Notes: generated by a model from the sequence alone, not told the origin. Numbered from the stretch's first letter, positions 52,100 through 63,610 are shown. The stretch: 64,000 nt of DNA from Spirochaetaceae bacterium (GCA_965224705.1 OZ245056.1:192001-256000), one strand, 5' to 3'. Made by a program: numbers and translations.

Positions 52100-52890
52100 C
52101 TGTCAATTCATGCTTTCTTCTTTACCTGTGCTCTTCACATTCTTGAAGCGCAAATGAATAACCGGATACTGCCCCTATGCCCAGTTGCAAGGTTCGCATA
52201 ATTTTGCATTATAGCGGAATGCTATGGGGAATGGGAGCAATAGCAGAAATCTGACAGATTTTATGCAAGACTGAGCAACAGCATAACGGGTTCCGGCTGA
52301 CCCGGCCTGCAGATTGAAATGCAGGATGATTTCAATCTGCTCATATTTGATTTGTTTCCTGATAGCCGAATGGTGTGGATTATGCCTCACAATACAGAGA
52401 CAAATCCTTCCCCCGGAAACCGATCCCCAGCACCAACAATTTCTTCGGATGCCATTTCTCCCTGACCCCGTCAAGGTATCCCTCCACAGCCTGGGCATAA
52501 GCAGCCCGGGCCAGCACTTCCAGGGAGGTATCAGCAGCAGTATTTCCCTGCTTGAACTCAAACACAAAAACCTCTTCGACCTGGGCAGGATTACTCCCCT
52601 TCCTGACCACCACAATGTCCGAGCGGCCTCTCCCGTACTCCCGGTTGCTGTCCACGGCATAAGCCGGACCAAGACAGGCCAGAAGCCCCAGTACCAGGCC
52701 ATGGTAGAAGTTTTCCCGCCTGTCTTCCTCGTCCCGTGGGCTATCGTAATAGAAGGTTTGCACCATGAAGCTGCGGACGAAGACATCATCTGATCGTAGT
52801 AGTTATCCACATGGGCTGAATGCAGGGGGGTGTCATACTCGTCCAGAAGGATGTATGACGGTTTGCCATAGGTGCGGTGAAGCCAGGCAG
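52100..52890 (-). pseudogene. AAA-ATPase + PD-(D/E)XK nuclease fusion remnants
   Basis: ILLDEYDTPL, ENFYHGLVLGLL, SNREYGRGRSDI, FEFK, GIGFRGK; separate piece GQYPVIHLRFKNVK; large internal deletion. Confidence 0.75.
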
Positions 52891-53409
52891 GTGGTATGCT
52901 AAAGGCGTAATAGTTGGAATCATTGATCTTGATGAATCGCATTTTTTGGCTTATTTTGATTGTATTGAGTTGGGATTGATCGAAAGAGACACGTACTGTT
53001 TCAATCCGTTCAATCAGAAGAACTTGCCCCTCAAAAAGTGGGGGTTGATGCCATGTCTGTCATGAGCTTTGGAAACAGCTGGTTTTCGACAGAGTTTTCA
53101 AGAACTGTCAGGCCGCCCCTGAAACGCTGCTGATTCTGGAAGCATGTATCCCGGCTCATTGAACCAGGCAGCGTGAGAGACAGAAGAGTGGAAAGGATAA
53201 CCCATCTCTGCTAATGGAGGAATCCAGGATTGAGATTGGGTTGGTTCATCTCTTTGTGTATCAGAGCACGGGGACGAAATCCCATTTTTTCAATACCAGA
53301 ATAATAAAAAAATACAATATTGTCGGTTACATACAAACTCAATTCTGATATTATCATTAAAGATTGTATCTTGTAGCTTGCCATGAATTGCAAGCGGTAA
53401 AGGAAAAAA

Positions 53410-55203
53410 ATGAAACCGACTGATACCAGTGATCCTGATTACTATCATAGAGTTGTGGATTGTCAGTGGGCATGTCCAGCCCATACACCCGTTCCTGCAT
53501 ACATCCGACTCATTGCCCAGGGCAAATACTCGGATGCATACATGCTTAACAGGGAATCAAATGTATTTCCGGGAATTCTTGGACGTGTTTGTGATCGGCC
53601 TTGTGAACCGGCATGCCGACGACGGAGAATTGAAGAGAAACCAGTGGCTATATGCCGACTGAAGAGAACCACGGCAGATTTCAGGGACGAGATTAAAGAT
53701 CAGCTTCCAAAGGCTCCTGCAAAGAAGAATGGGAAGCGCATAGCACTCATCGGGGCAGGACCCGCATCAATGACTGTCGCCAATGACTTACTTCCTCTTG
53801 GCTATGAAGTTGTTATTTTTGAGAAGCTCAGCACGACCGGGGGATTGATGAGAACCAGCATTCCTGCCTTTCGGCTTCCTGCGAGCATAATCGATGAAGA
53901 AATCGGCATGATTCTTGATATGGGTGCCGACCTTCGGTTGAATACACCTGTGGACAGCCTTAAGAAACTGCTTGAAGAAGGGGATGATGATGGATTTTTT
54001 GATGCTGTCTTTGTCGGCAGTGGAGCCCCTCAGGGAAAGGAACTTGAAATTCCCGGTAGACATGAAACAGACCAGATCTACGTTGGTCTGAATTGGCTGG
54101 AATCTGTTGCTTTTGGACATGTGAACAGCATTGCTCCCCGAGTTGTGATTATCGGAGGGGGGAATACAGCCATGGACTGCTGCCGTACGGCAAAACGTAT
54201 TGGCGGAGAGAATGTCAAGGTTGTAGCTCGAAAACCCTATAACATGCTCAAGGCTTCGGAGTGGGAACTGGAAGATGCCGAAGAAGAGGCCATCGACATT
54301 GTCACCAACTATTCTCCTGAACACTTCATTATTAAAGATGGTAAGCTAACTGGTGTCCTATTCGAGAATGTGGAATGGTATCGTGATGATTCAGGGAAAC
54401 TGAAATCCCAGAAGATCAAGGATGTAACGATACCATGTGATGCTGTCATACTGGCTGTTGGTCAGGAAAACGCCTTCCCATTTATTGAGACAGATATCGG
54501 GATTGAATTTGATGACTGGAACTGTCCTGTCGTGAATAAAACCAACTACCAGTCAACACGTCCTGGAGTATTCTTTGGTGGAGATGCGGCGTTTGGTCCC
54601 TTGAATATTATATGGGCCGTTGCCCATGGCCACGAAGCAGCCATATCCATCCATAACTACTGCAACGGCATCTCCATTGACCAACGTCTTCCCAGAGGCA
54701 TCAACCTCATCAGCCAGCGAATGGGTATTCACCAATGGAGTTACAGCAATACATGGGATGCGTCCAAACGTCGAAGAGTTCCACAGATGTCCCTTAAGGA
54801 ACGGTTTCTTGACCTCAAACTTGAAGTTGAACACGGCTTCGACAAGGCTGAAGCAGCCAAAGAGGCGGAACGCTGCCTGAATTGTGACATGCAGACCGAT
54901 TTCACCGCTTCACTTTGCATTGAATGCGATGCCTGTATTGATGTTTGTCCTGTAGACTGCCTCACCATCACTCATAACGGAGAAGAGACCGATCTTCGCT
55001 CCAGACTCACCGCCCCATCCATCAACCCTGAGCAGGCGCTGTTTATCTCCGAAGATTTGCCTCAAACTGGCCGGATAATGGTCAAGGATGAAGATGTCTG
55101 TATTCATTGTGGACTCTGCGCCGAACGCTGTCCAACAGGAGCCTGGGATATGAAAAAGTCAATTATAAGAATTCCACTTGCTGAGGATTACAATGGAAAA
55201 TAA
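53410..55203 (+). CDS. FAD/NAD(P)-dependent Fe-S oxidoreductase (GltD-like with ferredoxin domain)
   Basis: CQWACPAH, GRVCDRPCEPAC, IGAGPA, GGGNTAMDC, two CxxCxxCxxxCP motifs. Confidence 0.9.
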   Translation: MKPTDTSDPDYYHRVVDCQWACPAHTPVPAYIRLIAQGKYSDAYMLNRESNVFPGILGRVCDRPCEPACRRRRIEEKPVAICRLKRTTADFRDEIKDQLPKAPAKKNGKRIALIGAGPASMTVANDLLPLGYEVVIFEKLSTTGGLMRTSIPAFRLPASIIDEEIGMILDMGADLRLNTPVDSLKKLLEEGDDDGFFDAVFVGSGAPQGKELEIPGRHETDQIYVGLNWLESVAFGHVNSIAPRVVIIGGGNTAMDCCRTAKRIGGENVKVVARKPYNMLKASEWELEDAEEEAIDIVTNYSPEHFIIKDGKLTGVLFENVEWYRDDSGKLKSQKIKDVTIPCDAVILAVGQENAFPFIETDIGIEFDDWNCPVVNKTNYQSTRPGVFFGGDAAFGPLNIIWAVAHGHEAAISIHNYCNGISIDQRLPRGINLISQRMGIHQWSYSNTWDASKRRRVPQMSLKERFLDLKLEVEHGFDKAEAAKEAERCLNCDMQTDFTASLCIECDACIDVCPVDCLTITHNGEETDLRSRLTAPSINPEQALFISEDLPQTGRIMVKDEDVCIHCGLCAERCPTGAWDMKKSIIRIPLAEDYNGK

Positions 55204-57004
55204 TTTTATTAACGATTTCGTTCTCAAGATTGCCAATGTCAATGGTTCTGGATCGGCCAGCGCAAACAGCCTGATCTACAAATCCATATTCCGCTCCGGT
55301 GTCCCGGTGTCGGCAAAAAATATCTTTCCTTCCAACATACAGGGATTACCCACATGGTTTGAGGTAAGAGTGAATGCTGATGGTCACATTGCCCGGTCTC
55401 CCAGAGTGGATATACTCATCGCCATGAATCCACAAACAATGAAAGAGGATGTGGCCTCAGTTCGACCCAACGGATACTTCCTGTACGATTCCACCTGGCC
55501 GCTGAGAGAAGATTTGAAGCGTGAAGATCTACACTTCCTTCCTGTTCCATTTTCCAACCTGAACGTAGAAGCTTTCCCCGATGTAAAAGTCAGAATTCTA
55601 ATGAAGAACATCACCTATGTGGGAGCAACTGCGGCCTTTCTCAACATTGAACTTTCTGTCCTCCAAACATTGATAGAAGAAACATACAATCGAAAACCAG
55701 AGCTGGCCGATGCCAATATGAAGGCAATAACAATGAGTCACAGTTACGTTACAGAGAATTTTGACTATCCATTGCCTGTTCGTGTAAAACAATTGGATAA
55801 AACCCGAGATTGTGTTCTGATGACCGGAAACGCCGCCACTGCCCTGGGCTGTATTTATGCCGGAGCAACCGTTGCCGCATGGTATCCCATTACTCCGGCC
55901 ACCTCGGTTTCCAGCGTTTTTGGTCAATTAAGTGAACGCTTTCATCGGGATCCAGAGACAGGTCGCTTGAATGTTATCATTGTCCAGGCTGAAGATGAAC
56001 TGGCCGCTGCCGGAATTGCAATTGGGGCCGGCTGGGCCGGGGCACGTTCATTTACGGCCACCAGTGGGGCTGGAATATCCTTGATGAACGAATTCATTGG
56101 ATTTGCCTACTTTACTGAGATTCCGGTTGTATTCATTGATGTCCAGCGTGTAGGCCCATCCACAGGTCTGCCTACCCGGACCCAGCAGGGGGATATTCTA
56201 TTCGCTGCCTATGCCTCTCACGGAGATACGAAGCACATCCTTCTTTTTCCATCCGATCCCGAAGAATGCTTCTACTTCAGCGTTGCCGCCTTCGATCTTG
56301 CAGAACACTTTCAAACACCTGTTATTGTTCTCTCCGACCTTGACATTGGTATGAATGAGTGGTTGATACCACGACTGCAATGGGATGACTCATATCGTCC
56401 TGACCGTGGGAAAGTGCTCACGGCTGAACAACTCGAGAAAATGGAAAAGTTTTATCGCTATCTGGATACCGATGGAGATGAGATCGCTGCTCGCACCCTC
56501 CCTGGTGTTCATCCTAAAGGAGCCTATTTCCTCAGGGGATCCGGGCACAACAAGTACGGACAATACACTGAGAAATCTGAAGAATATATTGAAGTTGTTG
56601 ATAGACTCCTTCGAAAGGTTGAGTCTTCTGCCGACCAGGTTCCAGGTCCTGTGATAGAGAGTCAAAAAGGAAGCAAGTTTGGAGTCATTACTGTCGGCGG
56701 CTGCAATCTTGCCGTAAGAGAGGCTCTTAAACGGCTTGCTGACGAAAACATACATTTTGACTTCATGCGTATCCGGGCCTTTCCGTTTTCAAAACAGATT
56801 GAAGCCTTCATCACAGCTCATGAACGCTGTTTTGTCGTTGAACAGAATCGTGATGCTCAGCTCAGGAGTCTTTTGATTCTGGAAAGTGCTGCAACTAAAT
56901 CTCAGTTGATTTCAATCCTGGAGTACGGCGGTATGCCGATAGATGCTGATGCTGTTACAAAGAAACTGAGGGAAGCATATAAAAAAGAGGAGATTCAACA
57001 ATGA
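55193..57004 (+). CDS. 2-oxoacid:ferredoxin oxidoreductase alpha subunit
   Basis: NVNGSGS, YPITPAT, QAEDE, TATSGAG, QRVGPSTGLPTRTQQGD. Confidence 0.93.
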   Translation: MENNFINDFVLKIANVNGSGSASANSLIYKSIFRSGVPVSAKNIFPSNIQGLPTWFEVRVNADGHIARSPRVDILIAMNPQTMKEDVASVRPNGYFLYDSTWPLREDLKREDLHFLPVPFSNLNVEAFPDVKVRILMKNITYVGATAAFLNIELSVLQTLIEETYNRKPELADANMKAITMSHSYVTENFDYPLPVRVKQLDKTRDCVLMTGNAATALGCIYAGATVAAWYPITPATSVSSVFGQLSERFHRDPETGRLNVIIVQAEDELAAAGIAIGAGWAGARSFTATSGAGISLMNEFIGFAYFTEIPVVFIDVQRVGPSTGLPTRTQQGDILFAAYASHGDTKHILLFPSDPEECFYFSVAAFDLAEHFQTPVIVLSDLDIGMNEWLIPRLQWDDSYRPDRGKVLTAEQLEKMEKFYRYLDTDGDEIAARTLPGVHPKGAYFLRGSGHNKYGQYTEKSEEYIEVVDRLLRKVESSADQVPGPVIESQKGSKFGVITVGGCNLAVREALKRLADENIHFDFMRIRAFPFSKQIEAFITAHERCFVVEQNRDAQLRSLLILESAATKSQLISILEYGGMPIDADAVTKKLREAYKKEEIQQ

Positions 57005-58056
57005 GCTACGGTCAAAAACCAGAAGTAAGCCATCCTTCAATATCTCTGAATGAAGTGGGTTTAACTCGACGAGATTACGAGGGTGCCCTTTCCACTCTCT
57101 GTGCCGGATGCGGCCATGATTCGATTACAGCTGCTATAATTCAGGCCACCTGGGAACTCTCCCTGCCGCCTCATCGAATTGCCAAACTCAGCGGTATTGG
57201 CTGTTCGTCGAAAACACCCACATACTTTGTTTCAGAAGCTCATGGTATTAACTCCGTCCATGGTAGAATGGCGGCTGTGGCCACCGGAGCATCAGCGGCC
57301 AACCGTGATCTATGGCTGATTGGAGTCTCCGGGGATGGGGACTCCCTTTCCATCGGCCTTGGTCAGTTTGCCCATACTGCCCGTAGAAACGTAAATATGC
57401 TGTATGTTCTGGAGAATAACGGCGTTTATGGCTTAACCAAGGGACAGTTTTCTGCCTCTGCCGATGTTGGTTCCAAGCTGAAGAAGGGGGAACTAAATCC
57501 TTTCGGACCCATCGATCCCGCCCAGCTTGCCATCAGCATCGGGGCATCCTTTGTCGCCCGTTCATTCTCAGGCGACAAAGCCCAGCTTGTTCCGCTCATC
57601 AAGGCAGGCCTCACTCACCGCGGTTTCGCTGTCATCGACATTATTTCTCCCTGTGTCACTTTTAACGACCATGAAAGCTCTACGAAAAGTTATATACATA
57701 CCCGGGAGAACATAACTGAGGCGGTTCACATAGATTTTATTGAGGACTCTGAAGAAATAACAACAAGCTATGATAAAGGCACGAAGACAAAACTGACCTT
57801 ACATGATGGTTCCAATATAATCCTCGACAAAGTTGCCGAAAACTATGATCCTACTGATTCCCTGGAAGCACTTGCATACATTCGCCGATGTGCGATGAAA
57901 GGACGGGTTGCAACAGGATTGCTCTATATCAATAAAGATGCCGAGGACATGCATGACCATGCGTCAACATGTGATAATCCCCTGGTTAATCAGTCATTTG
58001 AACTACTCAATCCAGGCAATGAGGCATTGCAAAAACTTCAGAACTCCCTGTGCTGA
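57001..58056 (+). CDS. 2-oxoacid:ferredoxin oxidoreductase beta subunit
   Basis: LCAGCGH, SGIGCSS, GDGDS...NNGVYGLTKGQ, SPCVTFN. Confidence 0.93.
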   Translation: MSYGQKPEVSHPSISLNEVGLTRRDYEGALSTLCAGCGHDSITAAIIQATWELSLPPHRIAKLSGIGCSSKTPTYFVSEAHGINSVHGRMAAVATGASAANRDLWLIGVSGDGDSLSIGLGQFAHTARRNVNMLYVLENNGVYGLTKGQFSASADVGSKLKKGELNPFGPIDPAQLAISIGASFVARSFSGDKAQLVPLIKAGLTHRGFAVIDIISPCVTFNDHESSTKSYIHTRENITEAVHIDFIEDSEEITTSYDKGTKTKLTLHDGSNIILDKVAENYDPTDSLEALAYIRRCAMKGRVATGLLYINKDAEDMHDHASTCDNPLVNQSFELLNPGNEALQKLQNSLC

Positions 58057-58230
58057 GATGTTAGCCTTTGGAGCTGGCAATATATACCATTGATGACTCT
58101 GACCCGGATGTGAGGGAGCAATGCTGAAACAACTTCTATACTGAGTCTCTGTCGGCCATTTCAGGGATCCCCTGGAGGCTCGTACCACAGTAGAAGGATC
58201 CTGTCTGTGGATTTTCTTGTGAGTTAATAA

Positions 58231-58459
58231 CCCAGTGTCAGAAAGCCTGTAAAACCCCCTTCAACCCATCCCGGGAGTCCACTCTCATCCTAAACCTTCA
58301 CATATCCTCCTGAGATTGGCAAACCCGGTCTCATAGATGAACTCGGACTCACTTCTGGCAAAATGGCATGGTCGAACTCCTTTATAAATTGTTTTCTTAC
58401 TATGTTATAACGAGCCTGACAGGAGTTTTTGCTGCATTAACAAGCTTTCTGACACTGGG
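58231..58459. mobile_element. Internally deleted IS / MITE (229 bp)
   Basis: Perfect 16-bp TIRs cccagtgtcagaaagc / gctttctgacactggg; flanks aataa / aatga. Confidence 0.7.
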
Positions 58460-58465
58460 AATGAT

Positions 58466-60025
58466 CTACAATGGCATGCATCCATGCTTACGTGTTGGCA
58501 TCATGTCACTTTTCTCTGCTAGAATCTCCAGAGCCCTGATAATCCTGGGGCGAGTTTCCTCGGGAATTATCACATGGTCAATATAACCCCGTTCTGCTGC
58601 CCTGTAGGGATTGAAGAAGTAACTCTCATACTCCTTCTCTTTCATGGCAATGAATTTCTCCGGATCAGGGTTTTTGGCGGCTTCTTTCTTGTATATTATT
58701 TCTGCTGCACCGTGGGCACCCATAACCGCAATCTCGGCAGTCGGCCATGCATAAACAACATCTCCCCGAAGATGCCGGGAGCTCATAATGATGTAGGCCC
58801 CACCGTATGCTTTGCGTAGAATAATTGTTATCTTGGGTACTGTAGCCTCTGCGTAGGCATAGAGCATCTTAGCACCATGACGGATAATTCCTCCATGTTC
58901 CTGAAGAGTTCCCGGCATGAATCCCGGTACATCCACGAAAGTAATGACAGGAATATTGAAGGCATCACAGAACCGGATGAAACGGGCAGCCTTTGAAGAA
59001 GCATCAATGTCCAGCACTCCTGCCTTAATCATCGGTTGATTGGCTACAACTCCTGTTGAATGCCCATTCATCCTGCAGAATCCAATAACTATGTTGGCAG
59101 CATATTCTTTGGCAATTTCAAGAAAAACATTGGAGTCTGCAATCTCCTTGATGATTTCCCTTACATCGTAGGGTTTATGACTATCTTCAGGAATAATGGA
59201 ACCTATACGGTTGCTGATTCTGCTTTTTTTGTCCGAAGGAGGGCTGTAGGGCGCCTTTTGTCTGTTATTAGAAGGAAGATATGATAGTATACGGCGGATA
59301 GTGAAAAGGACAGATTTTTCATCATCTGCAATAAAATGTGCTACCCCACTCCTGGTACCATGAACCACGGAACCTCCAAGTTGCTCCGCACTGACATCTT
59401 CATAGATGACTTTTTTGACCACTTTGGGACCGGTGACAAACATATAACTGTTGTTTTTACTCATCACCACGAAATCCTGAATAGCTGGAGAGTAGACGGC
59501 ACCGCCAGCACAGGGACCAAGAATTGCTGCGATCTGAGGGATAACCCCGGAACACAGGACATTCCTCTGAAAAACCTCACCATAACCAGCCAGAGCATCA
59601 ATGCCGTCCTGAACTCTGGCTCCTCCAGAATCATTGAGACCAATGACAGGAACACCGGCTTTCATGGCCATATCCATCACCTTGCAGATTTTGTCGGCAT
59701 GAGTGCGCGAGAGCGTTCCTCCATTAATTGTGGCATCCTGAGCGTAAAGATAAACTGGACGTCCATCAATTCTGGCACAGCCGACAACCACCCCATCTCC
59801 ATACCATGCTATGCTGTTATCATCAAAACCGTGACTACGGTGGAGCCGAAGCATGTCGAATTCCTCAAAACTGTCTTCATCCACCAATGCCATGATGCGT
59901 TCACGAACGGAAAGCTTTCCCTTTTCATGCTGTGCCTTTATTTTTTGTTCACCACTACCTGCCATGGCCTCGGCAAGCTTTGATAGCAGTACGGCTGTTT
60001 TTTGATTCTCAGTTTTTTTCGACAT
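58466..60025 (-). CDS. Acyl-CoA carboxyltransferase subunit (PccB/MmdA-like)
   Basis: GDGVVVG, DSGGARVQDG, GPCAGGAVYSPA, RKAYGGAY, RKHGCMPL. Confidence 0.94.
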   Translation of the reverse strand: MSKKTENQKTAVLLSKLAEAMAGSGEQKIKAQHEKGKLSVRERIMALVDEDSFEEFDMLRLHRSHGFDDNSIAWYGDGVVVGCARIDGRPVYLYAQDATINGGTLSRTHADKICKVMDMAMKAGVPVIGLNDSGGARVQDGIDALAGYGEVFQRNVLCSGVIPQIAAILGPCAGGAVYSPAIQDFVVMSKNNSYMFVTGPKVVKKVIYEDVSAEQLGGSVVHGTRSGVAHFIADDEKSVLFTIRRILSYLPSNNRQKAPYSPPSDKKSRISNRIGSIIPEDSHKPYDVREIIKEIADSNVFLEIAKEYAANIVIGFCRMNGHSTGVVANQPMIKAGVLDIDASSKAARFIRFCDAFNIPVITFVDVPGFMPGTLQEHGGIIRHGAKMLYAYAEATVPKITIILRKAYGGAYIIMSSRHLRGDVVYAWPTAEIAVMGAHGAAEIIYKKEAAKNPDPEKFIAMKEKEYESYFFNPYRAAERGYIDHVIIPEETRPRIIRALEILAEKSDMMPTRKHGCMPL

Positions 60026-60256
60026 TTAGCGGTTCCATTTCTAATATTACGACTTCAACTCCAATGCACCTCAAGAACCTCTCTGCTGAACAAATCCTCA
60101 TATTGGTTCCGTACCGGGATGGGAAGGGATATCCATGAAGTATTCATCAGATTCTCTTGAAAGTGACATTTTCTCTGGCACTGTTCCTGGTACTGGGTGC
60201 AGCCGGAATTTCTTCGGTTATTCTGTTTTGCACAGGCGATGACCGCCTGACTCCTG

Positions 60257-60306
60257 CCCTGGAGCCTGTCGGACTTACGCCTCAAAGTCTTAAAGTCCGA
60301 CAGACT
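60257..60306. repeat. Minimal copy of the gtctgtcggactt TIR element
   Basis: Reverse complement agtctgtcggactttaagactttgaggcgtaagtccgacaggctcc equals the two ends of 23314-23476 without the interior. Confidence 0.7.
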
Positions 60307-60547
60307 TTTTGTTCGCTGCGTTCCAGAGGAGCCAAGTATCACTATATCGGGAATACAACCTCTCAGGATCTGAATAATATCAACTATTGTAATAAGTGCT
60401 CAGAATATTTTCAAGGGCGAAAAAGTTCCGAAAACACTGGAACTGCCTTTGATAATCCCATTCTGATTCTGCAATAATTCTTGTTGATGCGATGCCTGAT
60501 ACGTGTGCATGAAGAAATCCAGGGCCTGGATACAACTGACACCGTCC

Positions 60548-61762
60548 CTAAAATACCCGGTCCTTTCGAAGCAATGGTAGTACGAACAGACTGGATATAA
60601 GTGCCATGCTGCCAGAGATAAAACCTATCTGCTGGAATGTGAATTTTTGGAGAATCGCAAACCCGATGAAAGGGGCAAGTACACCACGTATACCGGAAAG
60701 AAGGGCATGGGCAGATTGATAGATCCGGACTTCGCCAGCCCCAACAATTCGGGTCACCCAGAGCTGCCAGATAAACAGTGATCCGGAGAGTCCTATCCCT
60801 ATAAGCATTGCGGATATGATGATAACAGGCAAAGACCTGGTGAGGAAACACAGTGGTACACCAACGGCAAAGATCAAATTAATATAAATCCTCATCGCCG
60901 GGAAACTCAATCTATGGTAAAGAGTGGCTGAAAATCGATTAAAGATGAGTTGAAATCCTGATGGAATGACGACCAGTATCAATGTTGCCATGAAAGGAGA
61001 GATACCCAGACCCCTTCCCGGTTCAGCAAGATAGACAGCCCTCAGCGGTATGGTGCATAAATTGGCGAAACCTATAAACATCCAGCAGAATTGAACATAG
61101 ACAAACCGGAGATCTCTAAACGGCAGGGTCATGGCATGCAGCCAGGATTCAGATCTGGGCGACGGCTTTGTCCCCGGGAGCCTGGCCAGAAGAAAAGCAC
61201 TGACTATGAGTACACTGATGGCGGCCAGATTGATCCACCTCCACCAGAAAAGATTAAGATCCAGAATGTACCCGCATCCAAGACCAGAAAACAGAGTAAC
61301 AATGAGATTCAATCCCGAACCATGAGAAATCCTGCGGGCACGTTTCTTATGGTGGTAAAACTCACCGTAGAGGTCCGTAAAGAAAGGCTGCCTCAGGTGA
61401 AAGGCCGCTGAACATAGAGTGACTGCAATTGTATAGGTCATACCATTCTGGACAATGGTCCCGACAGCTAAAGACACAGCGGCAGTTATAGTCAGCAGAA
61501 AAAGTATTCGGGATCGAGGTATATGAGTGCGATTGAGAAGTCCAATAAGGGGTGAGGACAATAGAAACCCAATGAACTTTGATGAAGCGATGAGACCTTT
61601 CCAAAAATCTCCAACAGAAAAGTACCGTATTGCTATAATGATGAAAACGGAATCAATGAGAGTTATAATAATACCATCGGTACTCTGCCTTATTGTGTCT
61701 ATAAGCCATGTGCGCTTTTCGTCAGTCATTAATGAACTCATGAGGCATAGTCTGTGAATCAA
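60548..61762 (-). CDS. MFS transporter
   Basis: 404 aa, about 12 hydrophobic segments. Confidence 0.8.
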   Translation of the reverse strand: MIHRLCLMSSLMTDEKRTWLIDTIRQSTDGIIITLIDSVFIIIAIRYFSVGDFWKGLIASSKFIGFLLSSPLIGLLNRTHIPRSRILFLLTITAAVSLAVGTIVQNGMTYTIAVTLCSAAFHLRQPFFTDLYGEFYHHKKRARRISHGSGLNLIVTLFSGLGCGYILDLNLFWWRWINLAAISVLIVSAFLLARLPGTKPSPRSESWLHAMTLPFRDLRFVYVQFCWMFIGFANLCTIPLRAVYLAEPGRGLGISPFMATLILVVIPSGFQLIFNRFSATLYHRLSFPAMRIYINLIFAVGVPLCFLTRSLPVIIISAMLIGIGLSGSLFIWQLWVTRIVGAGEVRIYQSAHALLSGIRGVLAPFIGFAILQKFTFQQIGFISGSMALISSLFVLPLLRKDRVF

Positions 61763-61838
61763 CCGATATCTGCAAGAGTACAGAAGACTGAGCTGTTGCA
61801 GGCAGATTCACTACGCTGTCAGCGGCTATGGACAACTT

Positions 61839-62201
61839 TCAGCCAATATTCTTTTCCATCTGATTCAAAGATCCGCCCACAAAAACCTTACTGTATCCCA
61901 TCATACGCAGTAGGCGAGCTCCTTTCCTGGCACGACTGCCCGTAGAACAGTAAAGGATGAGGGGTTTGGATTTGTTGCCAAGCCGCTTGCCGCTTTTTGT
62001 AATTTTTTCAACAGGAATGCTCATAGCTCCAGGAAAATGCTTGGCCCTGTACTCATCACTTGATCTGACATCAATGATATCAGCAGAGCGTATCAGTTCA
62101 CGGAGACGTTTTTCATGACGACCGGATGTGAGCATTCGGCCATATCCATACACTGTGAGTCCCACCAAAACTATGGCACCAATGATTGTACTTCTATCCA
62201 T
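61839..62201 (-). CDS. Rhodanese-like membrane protein
   Basis: IIDVRS..EY...HFPGA.SIP; LYCSTGSRA. Confidence 0.9.
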   Translation of the reverse strand: MDRSTIIGAIVLVGLTVYGYGRMLTSGRHEKRLRELIRSADIIDVRSSDEYRAKHFPGAMSIPVEKITKSGKRLGNKSKPLILYCSTGSRARKGARLLRMMGYSKVFVGGSLNQMEKNIG

Positions 62202-62498
62202 AGGGTCTCCTCTGGGGCATTTTAATTGATTTCCAAGTCAATGCCAATGGAGAAATCAATGCCTGCTCCAATTTGGTGAATTGTACCGTTAACTGTTCGC
62301 GATAAGAGGGGAAAAAGCCCCATGAAACTCATGTTACTACTCAAGAATCAAATGGGTCAGCATTGAAGTTTCTCCATCGCTTTCTAAAAGTCTCAAGATC
62401 ATTCCGAAGCCAGATACTTCTCACACCACCAGAAGAGATGAAAATACCCTTTTCCTTGCAATAATCTCCTGGGAATTTACTCCAGAGTCAGTGTCGGA

Positions 62499-63581
62499 TT
62501 AAACATCCTTCAGAAAATCAGGATCAGCAATATCCTCGCTGGTAAAATCATCGAAATCCACATCCGAAATGCTTGCTAATTCATCAACAGGAATTCTATC
62601 TGAATTCCCTGAAGCATTTGGTGCGGCTGCACCTGCTGGTGCAGGGGGAGGATTTGTTCTTATCGGGTTGTTTTTGAATGGTTTAGTTTTTTTTTTGGCC
62701 GCACCTCTTGTGGCTTCATTTCCCGGCAGGTTGCCAGCGGTGCTGAATGCCTGAGGTTTGCGATTGCTTTCATTCCATTTTCGGACATAGATACCAGTGA
62801 GGAAGAGGTCAAAAAAGTGACCCAATCCAAGAAGTCCTCCGGTAAGCAGCCAGATGAGCCCACTCACCCGTCGGCCAAGGTAAAAGCGGTGTATCCCCAG
62901 AAGCCCCCAATGCAGGAAGCAGGCATATGCCGTAACATAGCTTTTTCGTCCTTCGCCGGATACTGCAATCGCTACAACCACGGGAAGAAGTATACCTGTG
63001 GGTATACTCAACATAATCCACGCAGCAAGAAGACTCCAAAACCGCTGACGTGTCCAGTTGAATGCGGATACCAGGCCTTCCCCTTTGATAATACCATACA
63101 ACTGAGTGAAGTCATGAAACCTCCCGGTAACAAATCCTTTCACATCACTGAAACCAATCAATACGAATTTGATTTTTGGTGCTTTTCCTCCCAATTCTTT
63201 GTAGAGTTTGTTGAAAAACCGCCTGTTAACTTTTGTTTCAGAGTCAAAATGCTTCCTGGCCAGAGCAATACCTGTATCATGGGGGTATTGTTTTACCAGA
63301 AGATAATGAGCTGCTGCATACAGTGCTGATACGAGTTCCGGATCATCAATCATTGTCTGATATTGAAAACTTTTCGCCGCACGAAACATTACCACTCCAT
63401 CAGCACAGCCCTGAGTCAAAGCTCGCTGGTAAAATGCCCAGGCAGCATTGTAATCCTGCTTCCAGAAGTAGTCATTCGCGCAGAGCGCATCCTTTTCCCA
63501 TGCCTCTTCTGAAAAAACACCGGGAACTGCGCAAAAGAACAGGATTAATAACAGAATACAACGTTTTCGCTTACTTTCCAT
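62499..63581 (-). CDS. TM2-domain membrane protein
   Basis: Signal peptide; GLLGIHRFYLG...WLLTGGLLGLG..FDLF. Confidence 0.82.
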   Translation of the reverse strand: MESKRKRCILLLILFFCAVPGVFSEEAWEKDALCANDYFWKQDYNAAWAFYQRALTQGCADGVVMFRAAKSFQYQTMIDDPELVSALYAAAHYLLVKQYPHDTGIALARKHFDSETKVNRRFFNKLYKELGGKAPKIKFVLIGFSDVKGFVTGRFHDFTQLYGIIKGEGLVSAFNWTRQRFWSLLAAWIMLSIPTGILLPVVVAIAVSGEGRKSYVTAYACFLHWGLLGIHRFYLGRRVSGLIWLLTGGLLGLGHFFDLFLTGIYVRKWNESNRKPQAFSTAGNLPGNEATRGAAKKKTKPFKNNPIRTNPPPAPAGAAAPNASGNSDRIPVDELASISDVDFDDFTSEDIADPDFLKDV

Positions 63582-63610
63582 AATAGTATTATTACCAGTA
63601 TACTCTTATC

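Noticed and set aside
52950..53230. Further IS remnant ending ...ggaggaatccagg
   Set aside because: No partner inverted repeat or convincing transposase motif found
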